From Octopus vulgaris (Eukaryota), in contig OX597817.1 of assembly GCA_951406725.2 (NCBI GenBank), positions 91,140,001 through 91,204,000 of the forward strand: 64,000 bases of DNA, written 5' to 3'. This document shows positions 26,090 to 40,967 of this stretch, in pieces. The notes beneath the pieces are model-generated. The model was not told where the DNA came from. It saw nothing but the letters and a program-made list of their open reading frames with translations, and ran no database searches. The translations under genes were made by a program, and so were the position numbers. The stretch's first letter is position 1. Each line of letters opens with the position of its first letter.

Positions 26090-26570
26090 ACCATTCTACC
26101 TAAATAATGGATCTATGGATGCAATATCCCTGCATATCTCACATCTACTTAGGGTCCATGGAGTGTCATGGGCAAAAAATATTTTTAACTTTCTGCCTAT
26201 GGCAAGCCCACAGCAATATCGTATCTTCTCCACTATGAATCCCTAAAACTTGAGAACTACACAACCAATTTCATTCAAATTTTACACACGCCTTACTTAG
26301 GTTCCATGTACTAAAACACGGAGTAAAAGCAACCATTCTGATCATTTTGGCCGCCATGGGTTTTGCAGTAAATCACTAAATCATCCATAACTTTTGTATT
26401 ATCCTCTCAAATTACACCAAAATCTCGGGCAATAACAAATAATATTGTATTTATTGTCTGTGAAAATTATAGAATATAAAACAACTTTGATAAAAAATTA
26501 TATCTACTTTTCTGACGAAAACAATGCCGTTCTGAACATTTTGGTCGCCACTGCATTTCCCTAGACATAG
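26090..26570. mobile_element. Helitron-like non-autonomous fragment
   Basis: ACAACCAATTTCATTCAAATTTTACAC subterminal-type motif; internal repeat TTCTGA.CATTTTGG.CGCCA at ~26336 and ~26530. Confidence 0.35.
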
Positions 26571-26656
26571 ATGTACATGTAATATGTACACATATATATA
26601 CACATATATACATGCATACATATATACACCCATACACACACACGCACACACATACA

Positions 26657-27053
26657 TAGGTGCAGATGTGGCTGTATGGTAACAAACTTGGTTCCAAAAC
26701 ACATGGTCCTCAGTTCAGTACCACTGTGTGGTAACTTGTCATGTGTCTTCTGCTATAGCCTCAGACTATATCAGTGGATTTTGTAGATAGAAACTGAAAG
26801 AAATCAATTGTATATATATATGTATATATGTAAGTCTATGTGTGTTTCTTTGTGTTTCTCCCTCATCACTGCTTCACAAATGGTGTTCGTTTATTTACAT
26901 CCCCATAACTTACTGGTTTCACAAGAAGAAACTGATAGAATAAGTACCAGGCTTATCAAAATAAAAAAAATCACTAGGCAGTGTCTCATATTTTTGTTTG
27001 CCCACTCAGTTGTATCTATCAATTTCTCTTTGTGTGTGTGGGTGTGGGTGTGT

Positions 27054-27098
<45 letters not shown>

Positions 27099-27345
27099 CA
27101 TATATATATAGAGAGAGATTTCGTAGACAGGAACTGAAACAAATCAATTGTATATATATATGCATGTATATATGTAAGTGTATGTGTGTGTCTTTGCCAC
27201 TGTGTTTCGCCCTCATCACTGCTTCACAACTGCTGTTCATTTATTTACATCCCCATAACTAACTGGTTTTACAAGAACAAACTAACAGAATAATAGAATA
27301 TTTTTTTTCCCCACTCAGTTGTATCTATTAATTTATCTTTGTATG
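26657..27345 (+). mobile_element. SINE family C with tandemly duplicated middle/3' part
   Basis: GTAGA.AG.AACTGAAA.AAATCAATTGTATATA...CCCACTCAGTTGTATCTAT occurs at 26780-27030 and 27120-27345. Confidence 0.75.
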
Positions 27346-27365
27346 TGTGTGTGTGTGTATATCTA

Positions 27366-28779
<1,414 letters not shown>

Positions 28780-28864
28780 TAAATAATTAACCATAGTTCA
28801 GGATTGAGAGCTGATAAAGGATTGGAATAAAGTTCATATAGAAGCTTAAGGTTTTTTTTTTCAA

Positions 28865-30010
28865 AGTATCAGAGACACTCCTGGCTGAAATTCTGATTGT
28901 TAGCCATCAAGAGTTGCTCTACTTTTTACAATGACTTTCTCAGCCATCTTCCTCATTGCACCACAAGCTTTCTTAATGAATTCCTCATCAATATCTTCTC
29001 CTACATCCTACGGATGGAGTTTTTGAATGCCTGCAGGTTACTGTGGGGCTTCTCACAAGCTTTTCTGACCAGTTCATTCCAGATGCTGAAATCTAAAGGT
29101 GATGAAGGGGACCAAGTGTCCTTATTCTCAGACCTGTTCCCAACCTCATCCCTGAGACTTTTTTGAGCCACTGTACTTGTGTGACAAGGAGCTCTATCTT
29201 GCTGGAATGTAAACTTGAAGTTCTTAGTGATCATGTTAAGGCTTCCCTCATCTCTGCCTCAGGATATTCAGAAAGAATCCATGTCTTTACATCTTTCAAA
29301 ACCTGAACATAACAAACTTCTGTCAATCTTTCAACCTTCCCAAAGATGATCAATGGCATATTTTTGCCATCACAGGCCACAAAGGCAAAAATCATCACCA
29401 TAGTAGAGCTTTTTCCCCTGAAAATGACATTTTAGGCTCTCTCATGAGGAGCTGAAGTCAGAATGTGACTATTGCATCTGTTTGTATGCATATCTTGGGT
29501 GAAATTCTCATCTGTGTAAAATGTTACTCCAAGATTATGTTTCACTTTGTTCAAGATGATCATCACCACCTCCAACCTTCTAACCTTTTGTTCTGGAGTA
29601 ACAAGGTCCCTCACAGCCGAAGTGCCACTCTCACATGCCAAGCATCTTATGGATTCAGTTGGATCTCTTCTGACTGATCTCTTCAGCTCCAGATTGAAAT
29701 GATGACCCCTCTTGCATTTACAACCTCCTGATCCAGTTTCACTCTCCACTATTCCCTCTTTCTCAAACTTATTCACAATTCTCTTCATGGTTCTTGAATG
29801 GACTTTGAAGATGGAAGCTAGAGAACGAATGTTGGTACCGTTACTGAAGGCCTGGATGATCTTAGCCCTCTCAACATTGCTCAGTTGGGAGACAGTGTGA
29901 GGCTGGCACAAAACGATTTCAGCCTGTTCTCTTTCTAACTAAATATCTCAATGGATATTTCACTAATTCTCACAAAAACTGGTGTCAGTGTGGCCAGATG
30001 TCTTATCTGG
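28865..30010 (-). mobile_element. Tc1/mariner DD37D (maT)-like transposon relic
   Basis: N-terminal HTH frame 29432-29911; FQQDRAPCHTS...WSPSSP-LDFSIWNELVRKACEKPH in 29001-29234. Confidence 0.8.
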
Positions 30011-30294
30011 AAAATTACAAATCAGTTAGTTTATTGGTTTTAAGAAGTTTCAAGAATTTGTGGATGTGACAATTTTGCTGTCTGTGGAGGGGGAGGGAGG
30101 AGAGAAATAGAGAGAGAGAGAGAGAAAGACAGAAAGAGAAAGAGAGAGAAGGAGATAAATGTTTGTAGTATATGATACAGTACAATGGCCAAAATTTAAT
30201 AAACATTAGATTAGATGAAATTAGACACTTTATACCTAAATCCACAAAAGGAAATTAATTATATTAATTAATTAATATTATATCAGTACTTACA

Positions 30295-30490
30295 GCAGGG
30301 AACTGGTAGAATTGTTAGCATACCAGACAAAATGCTTAATAGTAGTTTGTCTGTCTTCATGTTCTGAGTTCACATTCTGCTGAGGTCGACTTTGCTTTTC
30401 ATCCTTTCAGGGTCAACACTGGGATCAATGTAATTGACTTTCCCTCCCCCCTGAAATTGCTGGCCTTGTGCCAAAATTTGAAAGCAATAT
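30295..30490 (+). mobile_element. SINE family A
   Basis: GTTCTGAGTTCACATTC...GAGGTCGACTTTGCTTTTCATCCTTTCAGGG. Confidence 0.75.
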
Positions 30491-30898
30491 TAATATCAGT
30501 ATTTATTTTATTGGCTTCATAAGGACAAAAGACAATATAAATGTGGGTAGGATTTGAACTCCGAAATTAAAAAAAGAGGCGTAGCTAAAATAGCCACAAG
30601 TTATTTTGTCTGCAGTTCTACAGATTCTGCAATCTACCCATCTATAAAACTGGATAAGTTATAGAATTTACCGTTAATTAAATCTCACATGTTGGGAAAT
30701 TTCTATTGGAAGAGATTATTTGCAATGAAATTAATTTCACGTGCACACCAAAATCCTATTAAGAATGCAGCATATGATGAATTATGCGCACAATAACTCT
30801 GACAGAACTTCCATAATAGCCTCAATAATAATAATAATAATAATGATGATGATGATGATGATGATGATAATAGTAGTAGTAAAGGTGGTGGTGTTGAA

Positions 30899-30929
<31 letters not shown>

Positions 30930-31239
30930 GTGATACAACAACAACAGTAGTAGCAGTGTAACTCACACAATTCATATCCTATGCAGTTGGCACCAATATT
31001 ACAATACAATTTTTGTGTTTTCAAAATGTGTAAAATAAGCATTTTAAAAATATCATATCTAGAAACGTTTTGGCTTCTTATTATCATCGTCATCCATCAT
31101 CATCATCATCGTCACCATCATCATCATCATCATCATTTCATCTTCATCAGTAGTAGCACCACTGCCATCACCATCACCACCATCACCAACACCAACACCA
31201 TAATTCAACACATTTAGCTGGGTCTTCCATTTATATTGT

Positions 31240-31540
31240 AAGGCACATGGCTCAGTGGTTAGAGCATTGGGCTCACAATCATGAGGTAATGAGTTTGATT
31301 CCCAGAACACGCTGTATGTTATGTTCTTGAGCAAGACACTTTATTTCACGTTGCTCCAGTTCACTCATCTGTAGAAATGAGTTGCAATATCACTGGTGCC
31401 AAGCTGCATTGGCATTTGCCTTTCCCTTGGATAACATTGGTGGTATGGAGAGGAGAGGCTGGTTGCCCAGACTTGTTCTTTGGAGGGTAACTTTCTAGGT
31501 GCAATCCTATGGTTATTCATAACCAAAGGAGATCCTTAGA
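31240..31540 (+). mobile_element. CORE-type SINE (second tail type)
   Basis: TGGCTCAGTGG, GAGTTTGATTCC, TTCTTGAGCAAGACACTTTATTTCACG; inverted relative at 47360-47665. Confidence 0.8.
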
Positions 31541-32988
31541 CATTTATACATACAAGACCCAATCTGCTCTTCTGCACACTTTCATTTCATGTCTTTACTA
31601 TTCTCTCTCTCTCTCACTCTCTCTCTCTCTCTTTCTCTCTCCCCCTCAATCTTTCTGTTTCCTTCAGCTCACATGTATTCCACCTTCCTTGTAGGTTAAT
31701 CTGAAACATCCAACAGAATGCAGTCGTCCCATTTCTCCCCATTTTTTACCTATCCCTGCCTCATTCAAAACTCTAGATTCCCAGCCATGTAACATCACAC
31801 ATTTTATAAATCTTTAATCTATTGGGAAGGCAGTGCTCATGATCCTTTATAAGAAATCTGAGATTGGTGGGGTGAGGAATTATATTAAAAGCTGAAACCT
31901 GACTCAAGGCACCCCACACGTCGAGTGGTGGTCTAAACTAGGCAATCGATAAAATCTACCACCTATGTGGGACATGGCAGGATTTGAAATTTAGAGGACA
32001 AAGCACTGAGACAAGTCTTCAAGGCATGCTGTCTGACATTATTACAGTTCAATCAATCCATTGTGGTACAGAAAGGATGTAAGGTTAAGTGTAGAATGTT
32101 GGAATAAATACTACAAAGCATTTTGTCCAATACTCTAACAAGTCTGCTAGTTTGTCACCTTTAGACTAAGGGCCACAACCCTTACATCTTGGCTACAACC
32201 CTTACATTTCAGCCACAGATCTTACATTTATTAGCTCAGTTTATTTAGCTAAGAGAAAGAAACTTAGATTGGAATAGTAGATCACAGTAAACAGTGGTAG
32301 CACTCTAAAACTAACTAGTGTTTTATCACTTCACATAACTGTCAGAGGGTAGATTTGAATTGTCAACAGAAAGTAATGGACAAAGTTCAATAGTCTTTGA
32401 CTGTGGTACCTACATACATTTAGGTAGACTGGGCTGCTAACAGTTAAGTGTGTTCGTTACAGTAACAGTATAGAGCTTATCACACTATATGTAAGTATCA
32501 CAGTGTAATATAATTTACTGTATTCTGTCCATAACCAACACAATCTGCCATCCTGTTGTAAGTTGATACAACAATGTGGTACAGTTCACTTTACTGTACC
32601 CAAAACCAAAACACCTTTTAACAGCCAAGTCTTACCACTGTACTGTGTCCAAAACCCAGATATTTAACTGTCAACAACCCAGTCTCCCTTTTCTGTATAG
32701 CTGTAGGGCATGGTCACTGACTTTGGATTTCCAGGGGTAATCCTGGGTTTAACATGAAGTACACTAAATTATTCCATATAGTGTGCACTATCTCCATTTA
32801 AAGACTGTTTCTTGTTATTTCTTTATTGTCATTGCTATAATCCACCCCTCCTCATTTTATACTTGGTGTAATTGATAAAATGCCAGACAAAATGGTATTT
32901 GGTTACAACCTTTTATGTCTTCATCTTCTGCAGTATTGTCATCGTTGTCGTCATCATTGTTATTGTTGTTGTTGTCATCGTCGTCATC

Positions 32989-33020
<32 letters not shown>

Positions 33021-33514
33021 CACCACAAATATCCTCCTTCACCCCACCAGCTCCACCAATAGTAAACAATTGTCAATGAAATTTATAATTTCAAACATAT
33101 TTTATGTGAAAGTGCGCACAACAGGGAACAGTACTAGAATCAGTGAACAACAACAACAGCAATAACAAAATCAACTACATCCCGAGTTTCAACAACTACA
33201 TCAGGGACAACAACAACATTAATAACAAAAACACATCAGGCCTTTGCAACAACAATCATGGCAAAAGAATCAACAACAACAAAAGAAAAACAACAGCAAC
33301 AACAACAACAACAACAGCAACAACAACAAAACACAACAGCAGCAATGACACAACAGTAACAACAATAAACTAACAATAAGAAAACCATAACAGCAACAAA
33401 AACCACAACAAACACACCAAGTCAAATACAATTATGACAAGAAATAATTATGAAATAATTTGTGAAAAATATTTGATTATTGAAAAATAATAAAGATGTC
33501 TAACTACAGTCAAG

Positions 33515-33935
33515 ACTTTTATAGAAGACATTGTAGAAGTGTCTAGAAAACATGGTGGAAGGGTATGGAAGATAATGTAGAAGTGTGTAGAAGATAATGC
33601 AGAAGTGTAAACAAAACACTGAAGAAATACTTGGAAGACACTGTTCTACAGTGTCTAGAAGACACTGTAGAACAGTGTAGTAGAGAATGTGGAAATGTAT
33701 AAAAGACACAGTAGAAATGTATAGAAAATAATGAAAAAGGATATAGAAAACATTGAAAATGCTTAGAAGGTACTATAGATGTATGTAGGAGACAAAGTGT
33801 ACAGAATAACATGATAGAAATGTGTAGAAGCATATATAAAACTATGCAAAATTATTTGGAATTTCTATAGCACTTTCTAGAACACCTACAGTACTCTATA
33901 TAAGATTCTATAGACCTATGTGTCTATAGAAAGAC
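33515..33935. repeat. Degenerate minisatellite (TAGAAGACACTGTAGAAGTGT-like)
   Basis: TAGAA recurs about every 10-11 bp. Confidence 0.7.
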
Positions 33936-34085
33936 AGTATGAGACAGCCTTTCCTGCTCTCTTTATTTGTGTGAAACCCTCAAATAAATTTCACATCACA
34001 TTAGAATAATAATGTCTGTATTTTTTACTTATTTTAATCATTGGTTTGCAGACACTCTGGGGCACCACCTGGAAAAATTATGAGA

Positions 34086-34204
34086 TGCTTTCAGCGCCTA
34101 GATTTCCCAAGCAGTCACCAATCAGAGTACCAACTAAGCTTTACATGACTTAGCTTTGATGATTGGATGAGAACCAGTACTTTTAATATGATATAGCCAT
34201 ATAT
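34086..34204 (-). pseudogene. 5S rRNA pseudogene
   Basis: Minus strand TGGCTATATCATATTAAAAGTACTGGTTCTCATCCAATCATCAAAGCTAAGTC...TTAGTTGGTACTCTGATTGGTGACTGCTTGGGAAATCTAGGCGCTGAAAGC is collinear with metazoan 5S, with CpG decay. Confidence 0.85.
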
Positions 34205-34486
34205 CTTCAATAATTTTTCACTTTCTTTTCAATAAAATTAATTTTCTTAAGTGACTAAACAAATCATAAAACTGTCTTTGAAAGTTTTGCCAGAACTAAA
34301 TGCAATTACTCACCATAAAGCATGCTTAAGAAATTTTATCCTAACCACTTTATTTAGATCATATTTCCCTACAATTCCTTATTAAAAGGTCATTTTCCCA
34401 ATAAGATCCTCCTACTACATACAGGACGCAAGATTTCCCTACTTTAGAGGATATGCTGTTCATGTCTAACTCTACAAAGATGGAAT

Positions 34487-34700
34487 TAATTTCAAATTTT
34501 GGTACAACGCCAGTAATTTCAGGGGAGGAGGCAAGTCAATTACTTTGACCCCAGTGCTCAACTGGTACTATTCTATTGACCCCAAAGGATGAAAGGTAAA
34601 GTCAACCTTGGCAAAATTTGAATTCAGGTCATAAAGATGGGCAAAATGCCACTAAGCATTTTTTCCAGTATGCTAATGATTCTGTCAGCTTACTGCCTTG
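34487..34700 (-). mobile_element. SINE family A
   Basis: GACCCC.AAGGATGAAAGGTAAAGTCAACC...TTTGAA.TCAG. Confidence 0.75.
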
Positions 34701-34930
34701 CTACAACTACAGAATTAAGCACGAAAATATCTCAAAATGCATTTACTTATGATTTACTTATTTATCACTACTTCTCAATGAACCCCTAGCAGCCTATACC
34801 CAAACCTTAGGGCTCCATGACACCTCGGATGTGAAATGCTACTATATGCTATATAGAGGAATATACTACAGTCAGTAGACATATTGACAATAGATACTAT
34901 ACACTACAGACACTATAGAACTCTATAGAA

Positions 34931-37900
34931 CAGGGGTCCCCAACCACAGGGGTACGAACCAGTACCAGGCTGTGGATTATTTGGTAATGGGCCACAGAGA
35001 GAGAAAAATTTCTTATATTCTATTTTATTGACTATCAGAGCCTGCAGCATATTTGCAGGGTATTTTTGTACAATGTACATGTTAAATTAGTAATATATAT
35101 ATATATATTCTTTCATATTTTTTATTCCTTTATGTGTTTTAACCAGGTGGCTGTGGTCATACTGGAGCACCACCATGATTTTTTTCACTCTTTGTTTTTG
35201 TGCCTTCTCCACATATTGCTTTGCTCTGCCCACTTGTCTATCGCATTTAGGTCATTTTACAGATTTACGACATCATTAGGATACTTTATTGCCTGGGATA
35301 ATTTTGTATCATTGGCATAGCTAGTGACAGGGCCTGTCTGAGTGACTGTGGGCATGTCTAAGAGGGTTCCTATAAACAGTAATAGCCCTAAGACATTTCC
35401 CTGAGGGACACTGCTTGAAATTTGTTTCCCTAGAGAGTGCACCAACGGCTGCAACTGTCTGACTTCGATTGTTTAGGAAGTCAGGCAGCCACTCTCCTAG
35501 TTTACCAACTTGTGATATATCATGTCATGATCAACTTTGTGAAAGACCTTTGCAAGTCAAGATATATCACATCGGCATTTGAATGGTCGAGCATAATGCC
35601 GTAAGAGCTATGTGAGGAAGCTTCTGCCTGGACGGAAGCCATGCTGAGAATCGTTCAGCAAGTCATTTTCTTCTAAGAATGTAATCAATTTCTTTCTGAC
35701 GATTTGCTCCATGACTTTGCTGATATGTGAAGTAAGAGAGATGGGCCTGTAGTTTTTGGCCTCAGCTCTGCTTCCACCTTTATGGATAGAGCATATGATG
35801 CCTTCTTATAGCTTTTTGGGAAGTTTACCACTTGCAAGGAAATTCTGGAAGAATATCTGAAGTGGTCCCACTAATTCTTGTTTACATAACTTTAAGAGAA
35901 TAGCTGGGAAACCATCAAGGCTGGATGCTGAGCTTGAGCTTATTTCGTCTATGGCTGCTATTACATCTTCCTCTTTAATGTCAATGTAGGTAAAGGCTGC
36001 TGCCTTTTTCTGCAGGGTTGCATAATCAAAAAAATCAGCCAGGTTTTTTTATTTGCATGTGAGCCAGTGGAGAAGTGAAGACACTTTTAAATTGTACACT
36101 GAACACTTCACTTATCCTTTTGGAGTCTGCAGTGAGTGTGCCATTCAATTGAAGCAGGGGTCCTATTTTGTACTGCACTGTTGCAGTATCCTTTGCAAAT
36201 TTATAGAAAGCTTTGGGGTTTGTTTTATGTTTTCTATAGCATTCCTTTCCTTCTCTGCTCTTTCCTTTTCATGGGAGAGTTTAATTTTGTTTTCAATTTC
36301 TAGCACTGTCTGTCTTAATTTAGCCTTTTTACCATCCTTCACTTCTCTGTTCATTTAGTTTGAGACCTTTGTTCTGTGTCTCATAAGGATTTTCCTGTCT
36401 CTGGGAATTCTTTTATATGTATGTTGGCTTTTCTTTCTGGCACATATTTGGTGCATATACCTTGTACAGTTGACATAAAGTGACATACTTTTAAGTCATT
36501 GTCTTGTATAGATAGGCTGTTAGGCCAGTTGTGATTGTAGATCTCTTTGCAGATTTATTTCCAGTTTGCTTGTGAAAATTTAGGTTGGATATGGTTTGAG
36601 TCCTCCTGATCAGGTGGATGTCAACAGTTTGCCTAGGACCATAAATTGCTAATTCTATAATGTTATGATACCAAAAAGTTGTTGGTATTACCTTCACATT
36701 GTGGATAATGTTCCCATTGTGAAGCAGAGATCCAAAATATTGCTTCCCTTGGTTGGTTAGAGTATCACTTGTTCCATGAACAGAATGCTAGAAAGTTCCA
36801 GCAATGATTTTGCTTGGTTTTGTTCATGCAGTGACATCCCAAAGAGGATGTGGCCTTCAGGCCATGTGACATTTGAGAGGTTGAAGTCACCCAGGAGGAG
36901 TATATTGATTTGTTAGTCCAGATTTGTCAAAACCTCCTCTATGTGTCTGAAGCTATCCTCAAATTTACCCTCATGCTTTGAGGTATTTGGTGGACAATAT
37001 GTTGTGCGTGCAACTACTTCAATTTGTTTTATGTGTACTATTAAAGTGTCACAGAATGAGTTTGAATGTGACAACAGTACTAGGGGTGTGACAACTTCAC
37101 AGATGTACATGGCAACTCCTCCATGTTTTCTATCTCTTCTGATGTTTGAAGTACAGCATACTCTGGTATATTTTTTTCGGCATCTGCTACATTAGATTTT
37201 AGATGCGTTTCTGTAAGTGCCATGCATATTGCTCGATTACATGCAGCAAGGTCTTTCAGGTAGAGAAATTTGTCTCTGCTACCCGTTTGCAACAGGTCCC
37301 CAATATTCAGTAGAAATATGGGTGTGATATCTGTACAGGAATTACTGGTGTTAATGGTGGCCGTCCTGGATCCATCATCTGTGGTGGTCTCAGGTATTGG
37401 TTTGTATGGCTTTGATCCTGCATCCTTTGTAGCAACATTAGTTACTCTACTATTTTCTGGGCCATGCTTAAAAAAGCTTATTCAGTAGCTGCAGTTCACA
37501 CAGCCTCTGCATATTACCTTTTGTGGGGAACAGAGGGTATGTGTGAATTCCTTTCCTTGTGAGACCTGTTGGTTCTTGTTGGTGGATTATGGGTTCATAG
37601 GTCTGAGTTTTTTGATTTCCCCTTTCTGCATTCCTGTTTGTTTTGTCATGGTTGGTTATCCTGCTTGTTAATCTTGAGGTGTTTGGGATGGGCAAATTTG
37701 CAGTTTGCTCCCTTTTCTCCATGCCAGTAGGTGCCATTCATGTAAAATTTACAGATAATCTATTTTTTTTGTATAGGTCGATACTTGGGTTTTGGGCTTG
37801 TAAGTGTTCATGTTTTGCCTGGCTGCTTTGTCTGTTTTCATGTCTCTGACTTTTAGTGTGGTGCTATTTTGACTGTATTCACTGCAGCCATTGCAGCTTT

Positions 37901-39525
37901 CAGCACCATTTGTAGTACTGGTGGCATTTACCTTCTTTGTCCCATCCATTTGACCTTCCTAGGTTTGAGCAGAGCACACAGGGTCTTCATTGTCCTCTTT
38001 GCAGCCTGTTTCCCTCATAGCACCCTATAGGAGGTCAAGATGAGGCTTTATAAGATCATAGGAGCATATGAACTCTTGTTTCTTCCGCTCACTCTGAACC
38101 ATAGACCTGTAGAAATTATATCTATCCAAGGTTTCTGCTATTAGGTCATTTGCTGGTGATCCGTTGGCCAAGCTCTATGCTTTTACAAAAAGATGAATTT
38201 CCTTAAATTACCAGTTTCAATGCATCTTTTTCTTTTATCAGCCTCAATTTGGCTCTGTACAAAGCTTCATCTGCTGGTGTCCATAATATACAATTATTTG
38301 AGAAGAAAAGATGTTAACTTAGTATAGAGAAATAATAGAAAGGAAAGGGATAAAGATAGAAAAAGCAAGTACAAAGTTGAGAGAAGAGAATGTTGAGAGA
38401 AGAGAATGTTTACTATATAGAAATATAACAAAACAAAAAAAAAGAGAAGAGGAAGAGGAAAGATCAGAGAGGTAGAAATAGGATAAAATATGATTAATAA
38501 AAAATATATATGTATATTTATAGTAGATAAAAATATAATACAGAGAGTAATAATAAAATATGGAATAGAGATATTCTAAGTTGTTCTGCTTGTTTTACAA
38601 AAGGTTTTGATTAAAGGTTTAAGCTATTAGATAAATAAATAGGATAAAATAAGCTCAATAAAATAAATAAGATATATTAAGTTGATGAAATATGATATGC
38701 AGAATAATTATGAAATACGAAATAGAGATTTTTGAGAGGGAGAAATAGGAAGAATTCACATGTAATTAGAGACGTTTAAAATATACCTTACTTTGTTGGT
38801 GCGAGAGAGATACTTACGTAGACGATTTACAGATTTGAGGATCTTAGGATCAGCAATATTTCAAATAGCTGTACTTACTTAACTTGTGTTCATTCATTCA
38901 CAAGGGATTTTTTTAAAAACCTTTTTAGAGAAAGATTTCACAATCGAAGATCATCCCAGAAGAAAAAATGTATTTGCTGAAAAACCACATGTTGATATAG
39001 TCGAAAAATTAGGTATGTTTTGAAGCATGTGTTCAGTTAAAATTTTTTCTCTGTGTGGTAGTAAACAACAGTTATTTCAGTTGTCACCACATTTGGTCAG
39101 TTAAACATTCAGTTTTATGTTTAACAAGTGAATACTTTCATTTCTTAAGTAGACAAATCAAAAATGTTACCATGTACTTCTAACGATATCATGAAGGATA
39201 TGTTCCCTGTGCGAAATAAATAAATTCTGTTATATACCTCAGCTAAAACACTCTACTTCAGATATTGTGTAGAGATGCTATCGGTTCTATATATGAGCAG
39301 AAATATTTTCAATTTTGGGGGGAAAAACACATCTTCCAGTGATTTTCAGTGATTTTCAGATCTTTTCAGGAGAACGATGCAAATATACTACATCTATAAT
39401 TATTATATTATGTATTATACATTTTATTGTGTTTTGTTATGTGCGTGGTCCCTCTAGTCTGTGGAAAAATGTCTCACATTGATCTAATCTGGTACTGCTG
39501 CTATAAAAGATTCTGGAGACCTATT
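34931..39525. mobile_element. hAT/Charlie-like MITE ends enclosing nested insertions
   Basis: Left end CAGGGGTCCCCAACC...ACCAGTACCAG; right-end-like GTCTGTGGAAAAATGTCT...GGAGACC at ~39455-39522; no matching TSD seen. Confidence 0.4.
35210..38290 (-). mobile_element. CR1-like LINE (APE endonuclease plus RT), decayed, 3' end missing
   Basis: ALTETHL, GGVAMYI, LLGDFNL (APE); YRPISLTSHISKVMEQIV, VPQGNVLGLLLF, YANDTKL (RT). Confidence 0.88.
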
Positions 39526-39679
39526 TTGCTTAGTTCAAGTTCTACAAGTGTCAGCTTTGTCTCTCATCTCTCCTGGTAGATAAAAACAATGTACCAGTTA
39601 AGTACCAGCATTGATTTAATTAACTGCCCTTCTCCTAAATTTCAGACCTTGTGCCTATAGAAACGATTATTTAAAGATA

Positions 39680-39880
39680 ACAAGTTGGCAGATGCATTGG
39701 AGTGTTGTGATATTCATTCTGACTCTTTATGTTCTGAGTTCAAATTATGTAACAGTCAGCATTGCCTTTCATCTCTCTAGAGTTTATAAGATAAAGTATC
39801 AGTCATGTACTGAGGTCAGTGGTATCACTTCAACCCTGCTCTTCAAATTATTTCTCTTGTGCTTAAATCAGAAACCATTA
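39680..39880 (+). mobile_element. SINE family A, degenerate
   Basis: GTTCTGAGTTCAAATT...TTGCCTTTCATC; another fragment at ~39530-39670. Confidence 0.6.
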
Positions 39881-39889
39881 TTATTATTA

Positions 39890-40452
39890 TTGTCATTTCA
39901 CTTCTCAGAGCTCTCAATTTTATGCTCTCAATTGTGTCAGAGTGGAACCTGTCAATGATCTCACAAAGTCATGATACTTCCATGATACTTAACATCCAAG
40001 TACCAATCTCAAAATGCTCACTGTCCCCACTAAAGCAGTTTTTTGAGTACATTCTACCATCATGTCAATCTCAGTTTCTCCAACAAATTTCTCAAATCTG
40101 GTTGTTAATTCCCCCAGTGCCCCTACAACTATGGGATAACAGCTACTTTTTTCATTGCCCATATTTGTGCACTCTCATCTTTTAGTGGCTTGTACTTCTC
40201 AATCTTTTCCAATTCTTTATCAGCCACTCGTACATACCCAAATATGATCTTGCTTTCCTTTTTCATTTTATCAATGACAACAATGTCTGGTCACCGAGCA
40301 TCAATCACTAAATCACACTGCATAGTAAAATCCTATAAGAGCTAACACTCATCCTTGATGACACCTTCTGGTTTATACTCATATTATTTCAATGTCCTTT
40401 CAAGACCATACTTACACAGCATGTTCAAAATACATCTGATGAATTCTGCAGC
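39890..40452 (-). mobile_element. R4/Dong-like LINE 3' end (RLE domain)
   Basis: DFTMQCDLVIDAR*PDIVVIDK...KELEKIEKY...VIPIVVGALG...QKTALVGTVSILRLVL; (TTA)n and (AAT)n at the two ends. Confidence 0.85.
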
Positions 40453-40469
40453 AAATAATAATAATAATA

Positions 40470-40682
40470 ATCCTTCCCACTATGTGCGCAAGACCTGAAA
40501 TTTGGGGGAGGGGACTAGTTGATTACATCAACCCCAGAGCATAACTGGTACTTAATTTATCAGCCCCAAAAGGATGAAAGACAAAGTCGACCTTGGTGGA
40601 AATTGAACTCAGAATATAAAGATGGACGGAATACTGCTAAGTATTTTGCCCAGCATGCTAACAATTCTGCCAGCTCACCACA
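40470..40682 (-). mobile_element. SINE family A
   Basis: CTGGTACTTAATTTATC...AAGGATGAAAGACAAAGTCGACC...CTGCCAGCTCACC. Confidence 0.8.
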
Positions 40683-40704
40683 TTAATAATAATAATAATG
40701 ATAA

Positions 40705-40922
40705 AGCAGGACAGGCTACTCGACCTGAAGAAAATTCTAACTGGGCCTGACCTGCAAGGTCATGCATTGTTTATTTTGATATGAGACCACCATGTCATGT
40801 GTATATGGTTGTGATGCATGTGACTGGTGTACTGTTATCAGACAGGTAGTCATGATGGATATATTGGGTATCATATTCTTTGTACTCTGGTGTCATTTCG
40901 ATGGCATACATTGCTCTCGCTC

Positions 40923-40924
<2 letters not shown>
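40705..40924 (+). mobile_element. (AAT)n-inserted non-coding retroelement 3' piece, short copy
   Basis: Matches 42088-42305; (AAT)n on both sides. Confidence 0.8.
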
Positions 40925-40967
<43 letters not shown>

